64,000 bases of DNA from Octopus vulgaris (GCA_951406725.2 OX597815.1:146258001-146322000); one strand, 5' to 3'; numbered from the stretch's first letter, positions 38,643-52,545 are shown. Translations and numbers: made by a program. Notes: generated by a model from the sequence alone, not told the origin.

Positions 38643-41179
38643 CACACATACATTTCTGTATCCATAATACGATGTGTAGCAGTATTTTCTTTCTTTGTCA
38701 TAGAGCAAATAAATCTCACCAACATTGATAACATCCTCTGAAAATGTCAATTATTCTGAATATTAATTGCTGAGCGGAGTCTATAGTTATGATCATAAAA
38801 GAGAAATAAGGTGTCGCATTATATCCTCAATACACCATTGTGCTTTAACAATTGAGAAAAATACACATATAGTTATGCCTAGAAATTGTTTAATAATAAT
38901 TCTGTTGTCTTTTATAACTGATGAAAATACAGGAAATGGGAACTAAACTTGTTAACGAAGAACTGGGATCCCTTTGAAACATTAATATATGTTTGCAATT
39001 AACGTCTATCGATACTATAATGGACCCCTTTGGAATGTATTGTTGTCGACAGAGAAACCTCTCGTGGAAATTTCTTCTCCATGAACAAAAGAAAAATGAA
39101 AATGTCTGCAGAAATTCTAAGACACTAGTAATTTTGTGTGTTGGCATGATTAATGGCGCACTATTGAATGATTTCGTTTACTTTCTCGATACTGGTTTTA
39201 CTCAGGGGACTACGGCCATGCTGGCTGCGCTGATATGATAGGTCTTAACCAAACATTTTGACTAAAGTAGTTATTTTATTCAGCCTCCTTTCTATTGATC
39301 TATATTTATGAAAGGCTTGAGTTAACTTCTTTATAAAACAGCGGTTTCTACACAGGTAAACATAGCCATATATACGCATACGCAGATATGGGTAATACAC
39401 ACCCACACGTCTGTGCATGTGTTTATCACGTATATGTGTTTGTATGTATACACAAACACACACACACATAAATACATCCAGATAATCACATATACAGACA
39501 TACAGATATGATGAGTTTTAGCACAGTTTTTGTCCATTGGTTATCAATAACAAATTACATTCCTATTTTAACGCACAACAATATCGAACATACTGCTAGG
39601 CATTTGCCAACTAAATTTCTTAACTGCAAAACTCTGTCCATATCCAAGACTTCTTAATTTTATCAACGGTGAATTACACTCACAAGGGAATATGTAATAC
39701 ACATACTCACATGTACACTCACATACTCATACATTCACACACACTCACGCTCACACTTTCACACACACAGTTATCCTTTCTCTGATAAAAAATGCCCTGT
39801 TTTTCATCCTGTAATGAAGCATTCCGCTTTCATTGAAGATAATTAAAATCTTTTTTAACGGTTTTAATCATGTTTAGATGTACGTCACCTCTGAGACATA
39901 GGATTCCGATCAAAGATATTTCATAATGAACATTCCCTCTGTTATAGAGATGCAGTGTATCCAGGTCAACATAACACAGTTTCTTCTTTCGTGTTTTAAA
40001 CAAACACGGTGTGAGTTGAAGGGATATCTCACTGCTTTTTCTAACTCAGAGATTGACCTTCTTTGGGCTTTATGTTTTGGTGCTAACTTTTCGTTGTTAT
40101 ACAAACTTGGTATCAAGTGCATTTAGAGAATAAAGATATTAAATTACCAGCCGTAATAAAGACGTTTCGTTATTTGCACTCGATTTTCATACTCGTTTGA
40201 AATTTTGACACACATCATGTTTGGAGAAGGGGCCTTGTCGATTACATCAACCTTGATAATGGTAAAAGACAAAGTATATATCGGCAGAATTTGAATTCAG
40301 AACTTAAAGAGTAAGCATTTTGCCCGGCGTGTTAACGATCCTACCAGTTCACTGCCTTTATACAAATTCAATAGTAAAATCATTACCGTGCAGAGTAAAA
40401 TGCTTAGCGGCATTTCTTTCGATTTTATATTCTGAGTTCAGATGCCGCCATGGTCCATTTTGTCTTTCAGTTTATCAGGGTCGATCAAAAATGTACTAGT
40501 TGAAAATTGGGGTCGATGTAATTGACGTGTTCCCTCTACTGAAACAGCTGGCCTTGTGCCAAAAAGTTGAGACCAATATTGAATTTTTTTGCTATTTCTA
40601 ATACTTGAAGTGACCACATAGAAGCTTTTTTATCTTCATGCTATATTTTCATTGTTTATACAGCCTTGATAACTCATACATTAGAAATTAAAACACTAAG
40701 TTACGCGATGTAATGAAGGCGTTTCCTTATTTTTGCGCTTATAAAAAAATTATGTTGAAATTTCTCTGCCATTTCTAACATCTGAAATAACCATCTAAGT
40801 TTCTCTTCATGGATCTATTTTTTCTTTGATATACAACCATGATATCGAAGGTATCTATGAAATTACATTAAGTTACAAGACATAATGAAGGTATTTCTGT
40901 ATTTCCGCACAATTGAAAACTTTATAATAATTTTGTCTAAGTTTACTTCATCCGATAATAGTTATCTGACAGCTTGGGGATGTTACATCAGAGAGATTAG
41001 AATGCGTTTCATGACTATACGCAGTCAACGGTCGCAAGACAAGACTGAAATATTGACAATGTATTTAATTTCACCCAGTTTCAAATACAGATTGATATCT
41101 ATTGAAAACTGGAAGTGAATCAGTTGTTGACAAGTAGAATATCAGATAATCACAATTGAAAGAAAGAGCAGGAGGGGGA

Positions 41180-41670
41180 AGAGCATTAGAAGAAAAAAAT
41201 AATGAGAATAATGAGAATAGTAATATAAAGAAGGAGAAGTGAATGAAGATGATTATGACGTGGAAGATGATGGTGAGATGGTGGAGGACGCAGATATACT
41301 TGATGTGGCTGATTTTGATGAAGATGGGACGAACAGACAAAACTACGCGAGAGTAATGTACGAGAAAGGGAAACTGGATGGAATAAAGTGCTGCTGCTGA
41401 TGATGACGATGGTGGCGATGGTGTACTTGTGGTGGTGGTGTCGGTAATTACGATGATGCCGATGACGAAGAGGACATTGATAATAATTATGATGACGATA
41501 ATGGTGATGGTAGTAGTGGTGGTAATCGTAATGACGATGATGACGAAGAGAATGTTGATAGCAATTATGATAATGACGATGGTGCTGACGGCGGTGGTGT
41601 TGATGATGACGACAATGATGACCATGGCGCAGGAGAAAAACTGTGCAAGGAGTAGCTGATGATGGCTATG
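41180..41670. repeat. Degenerate (GAT/GGT/AAT)n trinucleotide low-complexity tract
   Basis: Direct inspection. Confidence 0.85.
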
Positions 41671-42834
41671 TATATTTATGACACCAAAGTAGCTGAAAGG
41701 TTCAGAAGGATGAATGGGAATGAAACTCGTGTATATTTAGTTTTCAGCCCGTAACGTAAAAAAAAAAATGTCCCCCAAATACCAGCTACCTAAAGATTAA
41801 AAGTTCTGCTTCTACTGAAGAACCTATGTCAACATGGTGTTGATAAAAATTTCAAGCACAAACTTAGGAACCCGAGTATTTTTTAATTTTTTTTTTGAGG
41901 GCCAAGAATAGAGAATTGAGTCATTGTTTGTAACGACGTCCTTGGCATCGAACTCGAAAAGATGATGATAAAACACAACTGAGCGGGGTCCAAAATGTTA
42001 CAGAGTCGCAATTAATTACTGTAAATCATTTTCTCCGACCTTTTAATGATTTATTAACCTATTGCATTTAGCAATCCACAGCCCATACATGACTTAGTTA
42101 CATTTTTTCCTGAGCAAATATATTTTAATGGAAACTGAATTACCACGGAATAGTTAAATATTGGATATCTCCATATAATAACAGCCGATAAAAGATGATG
42201 GTTGTTGGCTGGTTGGCTGGCTGATGTCTCCAGTTACGCTTTACATCGTATAGAGAAAGGAAGAGAGAAACTAAAATAAACGTACAGAGAGAGTTTAAGA
42301 GAGATACAGAGTGAGAGAGAGAGAGTGTGTGTAAGAGAGATACAGGGTGAGAGAAAGAGAGAGAGTCTAAGAGAGTGATAGCCAACATAAATGCAAAATG
42401 AGTGACCTATAACATGAAAAATATTCATTTTTTAAATGAAATTTTACTGAGAAAGTTTTTCGATGAGATTATGTTCATAAAATTTAGAAAAACAGTTGCA
42501 TACAATTTTTACTAATATACAAATGACAAAATTCAATTTATTTAATTTTGTTTTAAGGTAATGAATATATTTTCTATGGAAAATTAGTATTCTTTATTTC
42601 ATCACTTTGTATAGGTACCAAACAATTTAGTAAAAGTAAAATTATTATTATTGTATGTATGCTATATTTCATGATATTTCTCATGGTGGCAAAAGTAAAC
42701 TTCCTAGATACATGTCAGACGATAGGTAACTCTTTAGAAGCAAAATAATCCGCGACACAAAATTTTCGTAGGAATTCCTGTACCATAGAGACTATGTATT
42801 TTATTCTATTTCTTATATTCGTTTTTCTTCTTTA

Positions 42835-43255
42835 ACTCAAACAACTGCGGCCATACAGAGTCGCCTTGAAGGGTTTAGTCGAAATAAATCGACCCCAGAA
42901 CTTATTTCTTAGTCTATCAGTGTATTTTGTCGAAGCGATAAGTTAAGAATACATACATAGATCAATAATGACTGTCAAGCTGGCGTGAGGGACAAGCACA
43001 GACTAACAGAAACAGACATATACAAGATATATTACGCGCGCACAAACACACACAAATATATATATATACATACACATATATATACATATATATGCGTGTG
43101 TGCGTTTTTATACACTTTTATTGTTTTATTTGTTTTAGTCATTTGACTGCGGCCAAGGCATTGGTTAGCTCGGAACTATAGCAGAAGAATTGAAGACACT
43201 TGCTTAAAATGCCACCCAGTGGGATTGAACCCGAAGCCATGAAGATACCAAGCGA
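42835..43255 (-). mobile_element. Degenerate family B SINE
   Basis: ACTGCGGCCA...TTTAGTCGAA.AAATCGACCCCAG...CAGTGGGATTGAACCCG. Confidence 0.75.
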
Positions 43256-44413
43256 AATGTTCATGTTCATATACCAAAACATATGACATAAACCATGACA
43301 TTCTAAGACCCTCAAACATTAAGTGCTTATTCATACATCATTACTGTTTCGTGATACACTCCAGAATGCAACCTTGCCTTTATTCCATTATATAAAAATA
43401 AAGGATACAATTCTGCACTATATTTCCATTAGGTTATAGCATTTAATGTTGAAGTGGTATTTTGCGAGCTGTTTGTAATGGATATGATTTGTTGTTATGA
43501 AAGTTTTAAATCACTTGTGGACAATTTGTAAAGTTATACAAAGCTTTACAATTAATATTTAGATTACTCGTTTCTCGCGTCGAGCACTTTATAAAAATGT
43601 CATTATGTGTAAGAAGAGCCTGCTGTTATTTTAAGGAATCTTTAGGAAGAAAGCTATTAGAAAACACAACAGAAGTCAAATAGCTTTGTTGAATTGATGC
43701 TGAGGAAAAAAACTAAACTGCTGTGTATTTTGCGTAAAGGGATGTCTATTTTAAAGTGGTTTGTATTATAGTAGAATTTAGATTAAATAGTTTCTACTGT
43801 CTATTGCTCTTGGATAAAAAAAAGAAGTTAAAACTAAAACCCCCGATGACGTAAAACGAAATAAGTATAAACGCACACACGCACAAACACACACCCACAC
43901 TCGTTTGTCAATTTATGTGAGGTTATATAGACATATGTACCTACAATTACAGCAAAATATACGCACACATATGTTTGTCGATTTGTGTGAGGTTAGATAG
44001 ACACATGTTCCTACAATCACACCAAAACACACGCACACACACACACACATATATACATACACACATACACACACATGCATATATATATCACATATATACA
44101 CGTAATTGATATATTGATAAAAGCGTTTATTTCTGGACAGTGTAAAAAGCAGGAAAGTAACAGATGAGAATCAATTCTGATATTGGCAGACGTTTGTCAT
44201 TTGTTTATAGATATTAGAATATTGTGGTTAATAACATATATTCCAGTATATAAACAGCAGAATTTTAACCTCTAAGGTAGCATACGATTTGATGCCAAGA
44301 AATAAATGCGTACGATATATTTTCATATAAACACGCACAACATACAAAAGTATATACCTATATATGTGTGTATATGCACATGCAGACACAACACACACAC
44401 ACATATATATACA

Positions 44414-44526
<113 letters not shown>

Positions 44527-44979
44527 GCGGATACATAATTTCGGTAAGGCGCATTACTGTATTATAGGTAGCATTTAGATTCTGCACAAAACGTAGCTAT
44601 TCCGACTTGAAAATGTGATTTATTGGTTGCGATTTACTTTATAATACATGGAAACCGTAACATCAAAGACAAATTCACATCTTAGCTTTGTTATTTTTTG
44701 TTGTGTTTGGTTTTATGTGTCTTTGTGATTGACGTCATGGTGCAATAACTGAAAACGTGGCTTTAGTGGCCAACAGTCATACAAACACACACCCACGCAT
44801 AAACGTATATACATACATACATACACGCATGTATACGCAGTTCTTGATACACTTAGACACAAAAACGCTCAAACATGTACTGTATACTGACTTCTTACAT
44901 GTGTGTGTGTGAGTGGGTATGTGTATGTCTGCGTGAATGCGTGATTGAGTGTGCGAACGTGCATACGTTTCACTCTCGT

Positions 44980-44981
44980 TT

Positions 44982-45028
<47 letters not shown>

Positions 45029-45480
45029 ATACATACACACACACACACATATATACATACATATATACATACACACACATATATATATATACATATATGC
45101 ATATATATGCATATATTTACATATACATATATACATATATACATATACATATATATACATGTACATATATACATATTTATACATATTTACATATACATAT
45201 ATACATATTTACATATATATATATACACACATATATATATATACAGATATATATATACATGCATATATATACATATATATACATATATATATACATATAG
45301 ACATATATATATACACATATATACATATATATAAACACATATATACATATATATATACACATATATACATATATACACATACATACATATATATATATAT
45401 GAATATTCATATATATACATACATATACATATATATATACACGTATATACATATATATACACAACCACACGCACACATGT
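44980..45480. repeat. Compound (TA)/(TG)/(TACA) array
   Basis: Direct inspection. Confidence 0.95.
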
Positions 45481-46117
45481 GTATATTTAGTATAAAAATG
45501 TAATCTATGAAATCACACCAATGCCGGGTTTTACAGGCTCATATGTATACATATATGTCTAAATATGTATGCGTGTTTGTGTGTGTGAGTGTGTATGTGT
45601 GTTTGTGTTTGTGTGTGTCACATACGATACTTAGTCGTCAGGTAAAGTGTATTCAATAAAATATGTACCAAACTACATTTAGTATTATTTACTATATATT
45701 TCACTGAACCTCCTACTAGCGGTACGTGAACATTGCGGTAATTCAATGAAAGAAAGCAGTAGATTTTAAAGAATATACCAAATGGGATCGATTATATCCA
45801 TGTTCTCAAAGAAACTGAAATTGTTTCTGTAAATATAGTCAAAAGAGACAAAAGTTTAGCAATCCTTTTTATTGATTCAATAAGATATATACGAATCATA
45901 AAGTTACTTATTTACCCAGAAGGCCTAGAATTTGTGAGGGTTGGTGGTTAATCGATATATCCAATGGAAGTATTTGGCTTTTATTTTATCGAACCCAAAA
46001 TGATAGAAGTTGTAATTGGTGGGATTTCAATTGGGAAACGTAGCGAACCTAAAGAAATACTCTAAAAATTGTTCTTTCGCTGCTCTAACGATCATGCCAG
46101 ATCAACTCACACAAATA

Positions 46118-46352
46118 CAGGATATTCAAATCGTCTCTCCGCAATAAGTGTTTTATTGCAAAATAAAGATTTATAAGATGATATAAGACTAAAAAAGAAT
46201 ATATTAGACTTTACAAGACTTGAAAAAAATATATATGAGGTGCTGAAAGTGTCGGCATTCGTTTTCAATACGTAAAATTCATTTTCTTTTTTACTACCGT
46301 GCGAGCACTTCCTAAGCTAAATTCACAGCGGAGAGACTTTATGAAGATTCTG
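46118..46352 (-). mobile_element. MITE derivative of the 22026-22566 family
   Basis: TA|CAGGATATTCAAATCGTCTCTCCGCA ... GCGGAGAGACTTTATGAAGATTCTG; interior matches the reverse complement of 22430-22566. Confidence 0.8.
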
Positions 46353-46629
46353 CATTACAATGTTTTCGATACTTGTTCTCTTTTAATATATTATGAAAAT
46401 AATCTTAAACTACAATATTCAGAACTGTCATTTAGCGTAAATACATGGACATAGAGCAGGTATAATTGTCCGGTAATTATACATATAACATTGGCTCTCA
46501 ATTATTTTTGTTTTGCGCTAGGACCTTTTTGATTCTCGTTTTACTGGAAGTAAAATAGATATTTGAAGTTTAAAAAAAATCCCTTTATATTTCTATAATC
46601 AAATATTATTATTCTATGAAGAACAATTA

Positions 46630-47368
46630 CTATTTTACTTGTTTCAGTTATTTGACTGCGGCCATGCTGGAGCAATGCCTTTAGTCAAGCAAATCGACCC
46701 CAGGACTATTTCTTTGTAGCTTAGTACTTATTCTATCGGTCTCTTTTGCCGAACCGCTAAGTAACGGGGACGTAAGCACACCAGCATCGGTTGTCAAGCG
46801 ATGTAGGGGGAGGGACAAACACAGACACACAATATATATGTGGTTCGTAAGCAATCTACTTACCACATAGCTACAGACCCCCAAGGGTAATATGGACCCC
46901 ATTTGAGAACCACCGGGCATAAGCTATATCGCTAATTCGTTCAGCCCTATACAGTTTTGAATATGATCGAAGATTATTATCCATCGAAATTTATTTTCAT
47001 CATTTATCGTAATATCCTAAAACTATTTTGGAAATATTAGAATACTAGGACTAAATACAAGTCTTGAAACGATTTTTTATTTACATGTTTCAGTCAACTG
47101 ACTGCTGCCCTGCATGGGCACAGCCTTTAGTCGAACGAATCTACCCCAGGAATTATTCTTTCTGAGCCTACTACTTATTCTATCGGTCTCTTTTGTTGAA
47201 CTCATAATTTACGGGACGTAAACACACCAAAATCGGTTATCAAGCAATGTTGTTGGTGGTCGTGATGGTGGGCAAACACAAACACAAACGTACATATCAA
47301 TATATATATACGACGGGCTTCTTTCAGTTTCCGTCGACCAAATCCACTCGCAAGGCTTTGGTCGGCCA
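46630..47368 (-). mobile_element. Two family B SINE copies (46630-46870 and 47076-47368)
   Basis: Match to the reverse complement of the 24672-25098 copy. Confidence 0.85.
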
Positions 47369-48151
47369 ATGTATCTGTCAGTCTGTCTGTCTGTCTGCCT
47401 GTATCTATGCATCTGCTACTGTCTTTCTGACCTGGCTTCTTTCAAGTGTAGACGGCATTTCTGTGGCTCCTTCGCCGTTCTCAAAAATAGCGTTCGTAAT
47501 ATTTTATCTCGTTCGGCTTAACAGCCCTACTTGTGTGTATTACTGTTATTCTCCTTGTCCTGTCTTTTACTGTTTATAGTTTGTACTGTCGTTACTGTCC
47601 TGTTTTTGTTACCATTTTTACCCCTCCGCAAAAAAATCTCAAATTTTATTTAATTTGCTTTTCGCGGGAAGGAATGTTTCATAAAAGTCATGTCTCGCCT
47701 TGACCTTCGAAATGTGGAGTAGATGAAACAAAGGCGACTGAAGAAGGGGAATTTTCCTTGTATTGTATGTCCTGTACTTTATTTGTTCGTTGTTTAAGAA
47801 AAATGTCCATTTCCTTGGTTTTGTGTTTATGTTTTCGTTTCTCATCGTGTTAGACGTTTTTTTGGTGCCCTGTACCCATATATGCATGTATATATACATG
47901 AGGTTGGTACGAACATATATGTATGTATATATGCATATGTTTTATTTTATTTATTAATATATTATGTATATATATATATAAGTCTGCATGCATGTATGTC
48001 GAAATATATATGCATGTACGTATATAGATATATACATATATATATATATACGTGGATCATGTATTGGCGTCCATATATATCTATATTGAAAGAATGAGAT
48101 TTAAAAAATCCAATACTGTAAATAGGTTTCAGAACATTCATAAAACAGAAG

Positions 48152-48197
48152 TCTTACAACTGTTTCCGGGATGTTTTATATATCCCTTCACCAGAGA
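48152..48197 (-). ncRNA. Degenerate minimal hammerhead in a probable solo PLE terminal region (about 48050-48900)
   Basis: TCT-CTGGTGA-A-GGGAT-ATATAAAAC-ATCCC-G-GAAA-CAGTTG-TA-AGA; A6 mutated to G; near-palindromic stem III. Confidence 0.6.
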
Positions 48198-49458
48198 TGG
48201 TGCGAAAAAATGTTTGAATATTAATTATTGTAGAGAAGATATGAAATACAGAGGGAAGTAAGAGAATGAATATAGAAGTGAGATACATAAGGATATTCTA
48301 TTTGCAGTTCCATTATTCAAGTATAATGGTGTATATAATTGGTGAAAACGTTTCTTGTACCTGGCATGTGAGATCCAATGGTACTGATATTTGGTCATTC
48401 CCAGCATAGAGGCTTCTAAACAGTGTTGTTTGATCGAGGGTTTTTTGTTGGTATAAATTAAAATTTGGGAATGTGTTGGTAATGTTAATGGTTAGATGAA
48501 GGAAGGAGAGATGTGTATGATTAAAATGTCGAGACTGGTCAAATAAAAAATAGGAAAAGAGAATGGGAAGAATAATAGAAAAAAAAGGGAGGGACACAAA
48601 AATAAATGAAGAAAGAGGGAACGAAATCAGAGAGGGTGTGTTAGCTAGTTGTCAGGATAAATATGATTGGAGGAATGGAGAGGTGATGGGGAGAGAGAGA
48701 GAGAGGAGGAGATGAGAGGGTAAGGAGCAAAAGAGTGTGATGTATATGAGTAGGGGTGCTGTGATGGAGCTACATAAAGCGATGGGTATAGAAAATGAGA
48801 AGGTAAAGGTAGGGTGATATGTAAGAAAGTATTAATTTTGGTAGTAAAAATTGGGGGGGGGGGAAGAAGAATGAAAGGAAGTCAAGTTGCTATAAATAGA
48901 CATATGTGATAGGTTAGTGATAAGTAGGAAAAAACAGAAAGAATGTATATTTGTGAATGTGTATACACACATACATATAGACATATACCTACTTCAACAC
49001 ATACCCACGCACACGAACTCATGTATGTTCACGCGCATTCACACATACACACTCATTCGTATCTATTTTTTATATATACATTTTTGTAGATATAAATGCA
49101 TGCATACAAACAGGCGCGTACACTCGTATGTGTATATATACACACATGCACACACACACACAAATACAGACATGTACGTGTACATGTATTAACATATACC
49201 CACATTTAAATAACACCTGCTTTTAACTCCATTTATTTATTCATTTATTTATCAACGTATATGCATACATATATACAGATACATACATACATATATATAT
49301 ATATACATACATATATAGATACATATATATACATACATATATATACATAATATATATATGTATACATAGAAATTCGGGGTGAGTACTTGATAATTATAAG
49401 CACCTGTGTATACCGTTTGGTGGTGTAGGTGGTGGAGTAAATTGATCAAAATAAAAAT

Positions 49459-50056
49459 AAATTGATCAAAATAAAAATAAAAACATGAGGCGAAGGATTC
49501 AGCGGTACATATGTTTCGGGCCTTTATTAGACAGATTTATAACAAAGCATAATGTATGTCTGTGGCCTTCTTCAGCCGCGCACAACAGCTTCCACAAGAA
49601 CATGTGTTACATCAAAAATTCTTGGTTGGTGATGCAAATCCTCTCGTTCACGTACGACATAATGCGGCAGCAGCATAGAATTGAAGCGTCCATCTCTTTC
49701 TTCTCTCAATGTAGAATGAGGAAACTTGGATGTTGAGGTAATGTAAATAAATAAATACGTATATAGAGGTGAAGATGGAGGGGCGAGAGTTCGGGACGAG
49801 GGATAAAAAATATATATAAAAAAATATAAAAAATGTACGTATAGAATAATATAAAAATGTAGAGGATAAAGATATAAAGAGTTGTAAGGAGATGTAAAGG
49901 GGGTATAAAGAAATATAAAGAAATATAAATAAATGTAAAGGCATAAGGTTGTAAAGTAAAAATAGAAATGGAAATAATAGTAAAAGAAGTAAAAGAACCT
50001 GATAAAAACATGATAAAAGTGTAAAAGAATGTAAAGATAAGGGATGTATAGAGGTC
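49459..50056 (-). repeat. Left (inverted) pseudo-LTR arm of PLE-1
   Basis: Near-identical to the reverse complement of 52682-53235 except for ~30-nt and ~14-nt indels; near-identical 83-aa spurious ORFs on opposite strands. Confidence 0.95.
49502..49579 (-). ncRNA. Minimal type I hammerhead ribozyme (inverted pLTR copy)
   Basis: Minus strand GCGG-CTGAAGA-AGGCC...GGCCC-GAAA-CATATG-TA-CCGC. Confidence 0.8.
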
Positions 50057-51510
50057 AGGGGGGTCTATACAGAGACGACGCTCTCTTCATATACCCCACC
50101 AACAATAGGAGTAAACTAGAAAGAATTAGGAAAAAGATCAGGCTTTTTTTCAAATCCTTCAATCTTAAACTAGAATTTATGACCAATACTAAAATAGTTA
50201 ACTTCTTAGATGTTACGTTAGATTTGAATAAGCACCTTCACTACCCGTATAGGAAACCAGAAGAAACTACCAAATACATCCATACCTCTTCCAACCATCC
50301 ACCCTGTATAATTAGCACCACAGTCCAAGCCATCTCAGACAGACTGACAAAACTATCCTCTAATAGAGAAATTTTCAATAATCATGCACAACACTACAAC
50401 CAGGCTCTCTATAGTGCCGGGTATAACCAGAGAATATCATATGTAGACCAACCGGGAGCGTCCGTCGACCATAAGACTCCCAATTATAATCGAACTCAGC
50501 ACTCAACTCACACTACCGATAAGTCTAATTCAAACTCCAAACAATGTATAGGAAATAGGCGAACTAATAGAACAGCACACAATAGTAACCCTCCCGACGA
50601 GAGCAATATAGATCCTATTAGGAGAAATAGAAGGGATAATAGTAGATTACGCAAATATATATGGTTCAACATACCTTTCAACTTAGCAGTTAGGGGTAAG
50701 TTATGTAAGAGAATATTCTCTATAATTTCCAGCAACTTCCCACCCACCCACAAATATAGAAGTATCTTCTCCAACAAAACTATTAGGATTTCCTACTCTA
50801 CCCTGCCCAACATGAGCTGCCTCCTAGCTAAACATAACTATATTAATATTAGAACAGCTAGATCAAGAGCAAACCATAGCGACCAACAGAACCCCCCTCA
50901 TCTAGACAGTAGGCAATATAACCAGACTGGCAGCCATACTACCCAAGCAGTTAGTAATAACACCCGCCAACACAACAGAGGAAATACTACACCCATCAAC
51001 AACCAGGAGGATACCTACGCCCCCACTCGTATTGCAACACCTCCGCCTGGGATTAGCAGCACACGACCGAATAATGCAATGCAATGCAACTGCAGATGTG
51101 CATCAGAGTGCCCGCTGCAGGGCGCATGCAGGGCGAAAAACGTAATATACTCATGTGAGGTGAGTACTCAGTTTAACACACTCACCTATATTGGTTGCTC
51201 AACCTCCTGGAAATCCAGATACTACAACCACCGGTCCTCGCTGAGACATAGACATAAGGCTAACAGCACCTCCCTCTCTAAAAGAATTTGGGAATTAAAA
51301 GACAAATGCATAGGCTTCAAACTCAGATGGTCCATCATCGGATCAGCTGCACCTTATTTAAATAATAGAGCAGGATGCCAACTATGCTGTGTAGAACTCC
51401 TGAACATCTTGAAATTCAAAGACAAACATAATCTTATTAACAAAAGGTCAGAGTTCAAACCATCCTGTATACATAAACTTATTAATACTTTCAAATACTA
51501 CAATGCTTAG
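50044..51510 (+). CDS. PLE reverse transcriptase C-terminal half plus GIY-YIG endonuclease (488 aa, uninterrupted but N-terminally truncated)
   Basis: GLYRDD, VNFLDVTL, YRKP...YIHTSSNHPP, WFNIPF, CNCR..ECPLQGAC, VIY...YIG, KSRYYNH, terminal LINKRSE..C.H. Confidence 0.93.
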   Translation: MYRGQGGLYRDDALFIYPTNNRSKLERIRKKIRLFFKSFNLKLEFMTNTKIVNFLDVTLDLNKHLHYPYRKPEETTKYIHTSSNHPPCIISTTVQAISDRLTKLSSNREIFNNHAQHYNQALYSAGYNQRISYVDQPGASVDHKTPNYNRTQHSTHTTDKSNSNSKQCIGNRRTNRTAHNSNPPDESNIDPIRRNRRDNSRLRKYIWFNIPFNLAVRGKLCKRIFSIISSNFPPTHKYRSIFSNKTIRISYSTLPNMSCLLAKHNYINIRTARSRANHSDQQNPPHLDSRQYNQTGSHTTQAVSNNTRQHNRGNTTPINNQEDTYAPTRIATPPPGISSTRPNNAMQCNCRCASECPLQGACRAKNVIYSCEVSTQFNTLTYIGCSTSWKSRYYNHRSSLRHRHKANSTSLSKRIWELKDKCIGFKLRWSIIGSAAPYLNNRAGCQLCCVELLNILKFKDKHNLINKRSEFKPSCIHKLINTFKYYNA

Positions 51511-51651
51511 GTCTTATACCAACTCCCCCATGCTATTTCCTCCCACCCGGTGCAACCTGTCGGCTCCAGCACATCCCGCTTTCCTATATGTGCGTGTGTA
51601 TGTGTGTGTGTGTGTGTGTGTGTGCGTGTGTATGTGCGCATACGTGTACGG

Positions 51652-51683
<32 letters not shown>

Positions 51684-52059
51684 GTGTGCCACCTCCATCT
51701 CATGTTAAACTTGACAAAATTATATTTTTACCTTATTTTTTTATTTTATTTTATTTTATTTTTATTTTTATTTTTATTTTTATTTTTACTTTTATCCTAC
51801 TTCCTTTTATTTTTATTTTTAATTTTATTTTTACTTTTATTCTACTTCCATTTACTCTCATTTTCATTTTCATCCCTTACCTTAACTCTTATAACCCTTA
51901 TAATTCTTATATTTCATTTCTAACTATTACATTGTATTTCTTATTTTATACTGTATTTTTTATTTCTAATATTTACCCTTACCCTCATTCTTACCCCTAA
52001 TTTATCGCTTTACACCTCTATATATGTTTATTTACTTACCTATGGATCCGCCTTTTGGG

Positions 52060-52545
52060 TATGCGAGCGTCCACGTACGTGTGTATGCGCATACATACAT
52101 ATGCACGCGCGTATATGTACATGCATACTTCGATATCTTATGGCTATACCCATGTGCGCGTGTGTCTCTGTGTGTGTATATGAGTGTATATGTGCACGCA
52201 CATACGGACACACAGCCGTGTGTGCGTGCGCGTATTAACATGAGTACGGGATTCTTTACATACGTTCTTATACACATCCTTTAATACCTTATACCTAGAC
52301 CTAGAGGCGTGGGCATATACGTGTGTGTATGTAGTGAGGGGCGCGCGTATATACATGTGAGCGTGTACGCGCGTAATGCCCGTCTATATATGCGGATATT
52401 CTGTTGTATGTATGTGTGTGTGCGCGCGTGCGTGTGGGTGCGTGTGTGTTTATGTACGTGTTTACACGCGAGTGCGTGTGTATGCTTATAGGCTTGGAGA
52501 CGTATATGTACGCGTGTATGTGGGTGTATGTATCGATGATGATAT
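52060..52545. other. Long, complex alternating purine-pyrimidine tract in the PLE-1 3' UTR
   Basis: Mixed CG/TG/CA/TA dinucleotides in largely preserved RY alternation (GCGCGCGTATATACATGTGAGCGTGTACGCGCGT). Confidence 0.7.

Noticed and set aside
41071-41625. 184-aa hydrophobic Ile-rich ORF
   Set aside because: Reverse strand of a degenerate (GAT)n tract
49485-49736. 83-aa ORF duplicated at 52958-53209 on the opposite strand
   Set aside because: By-product of the inverted pLTR; antisense to the hammerhead, with no recognisable domain
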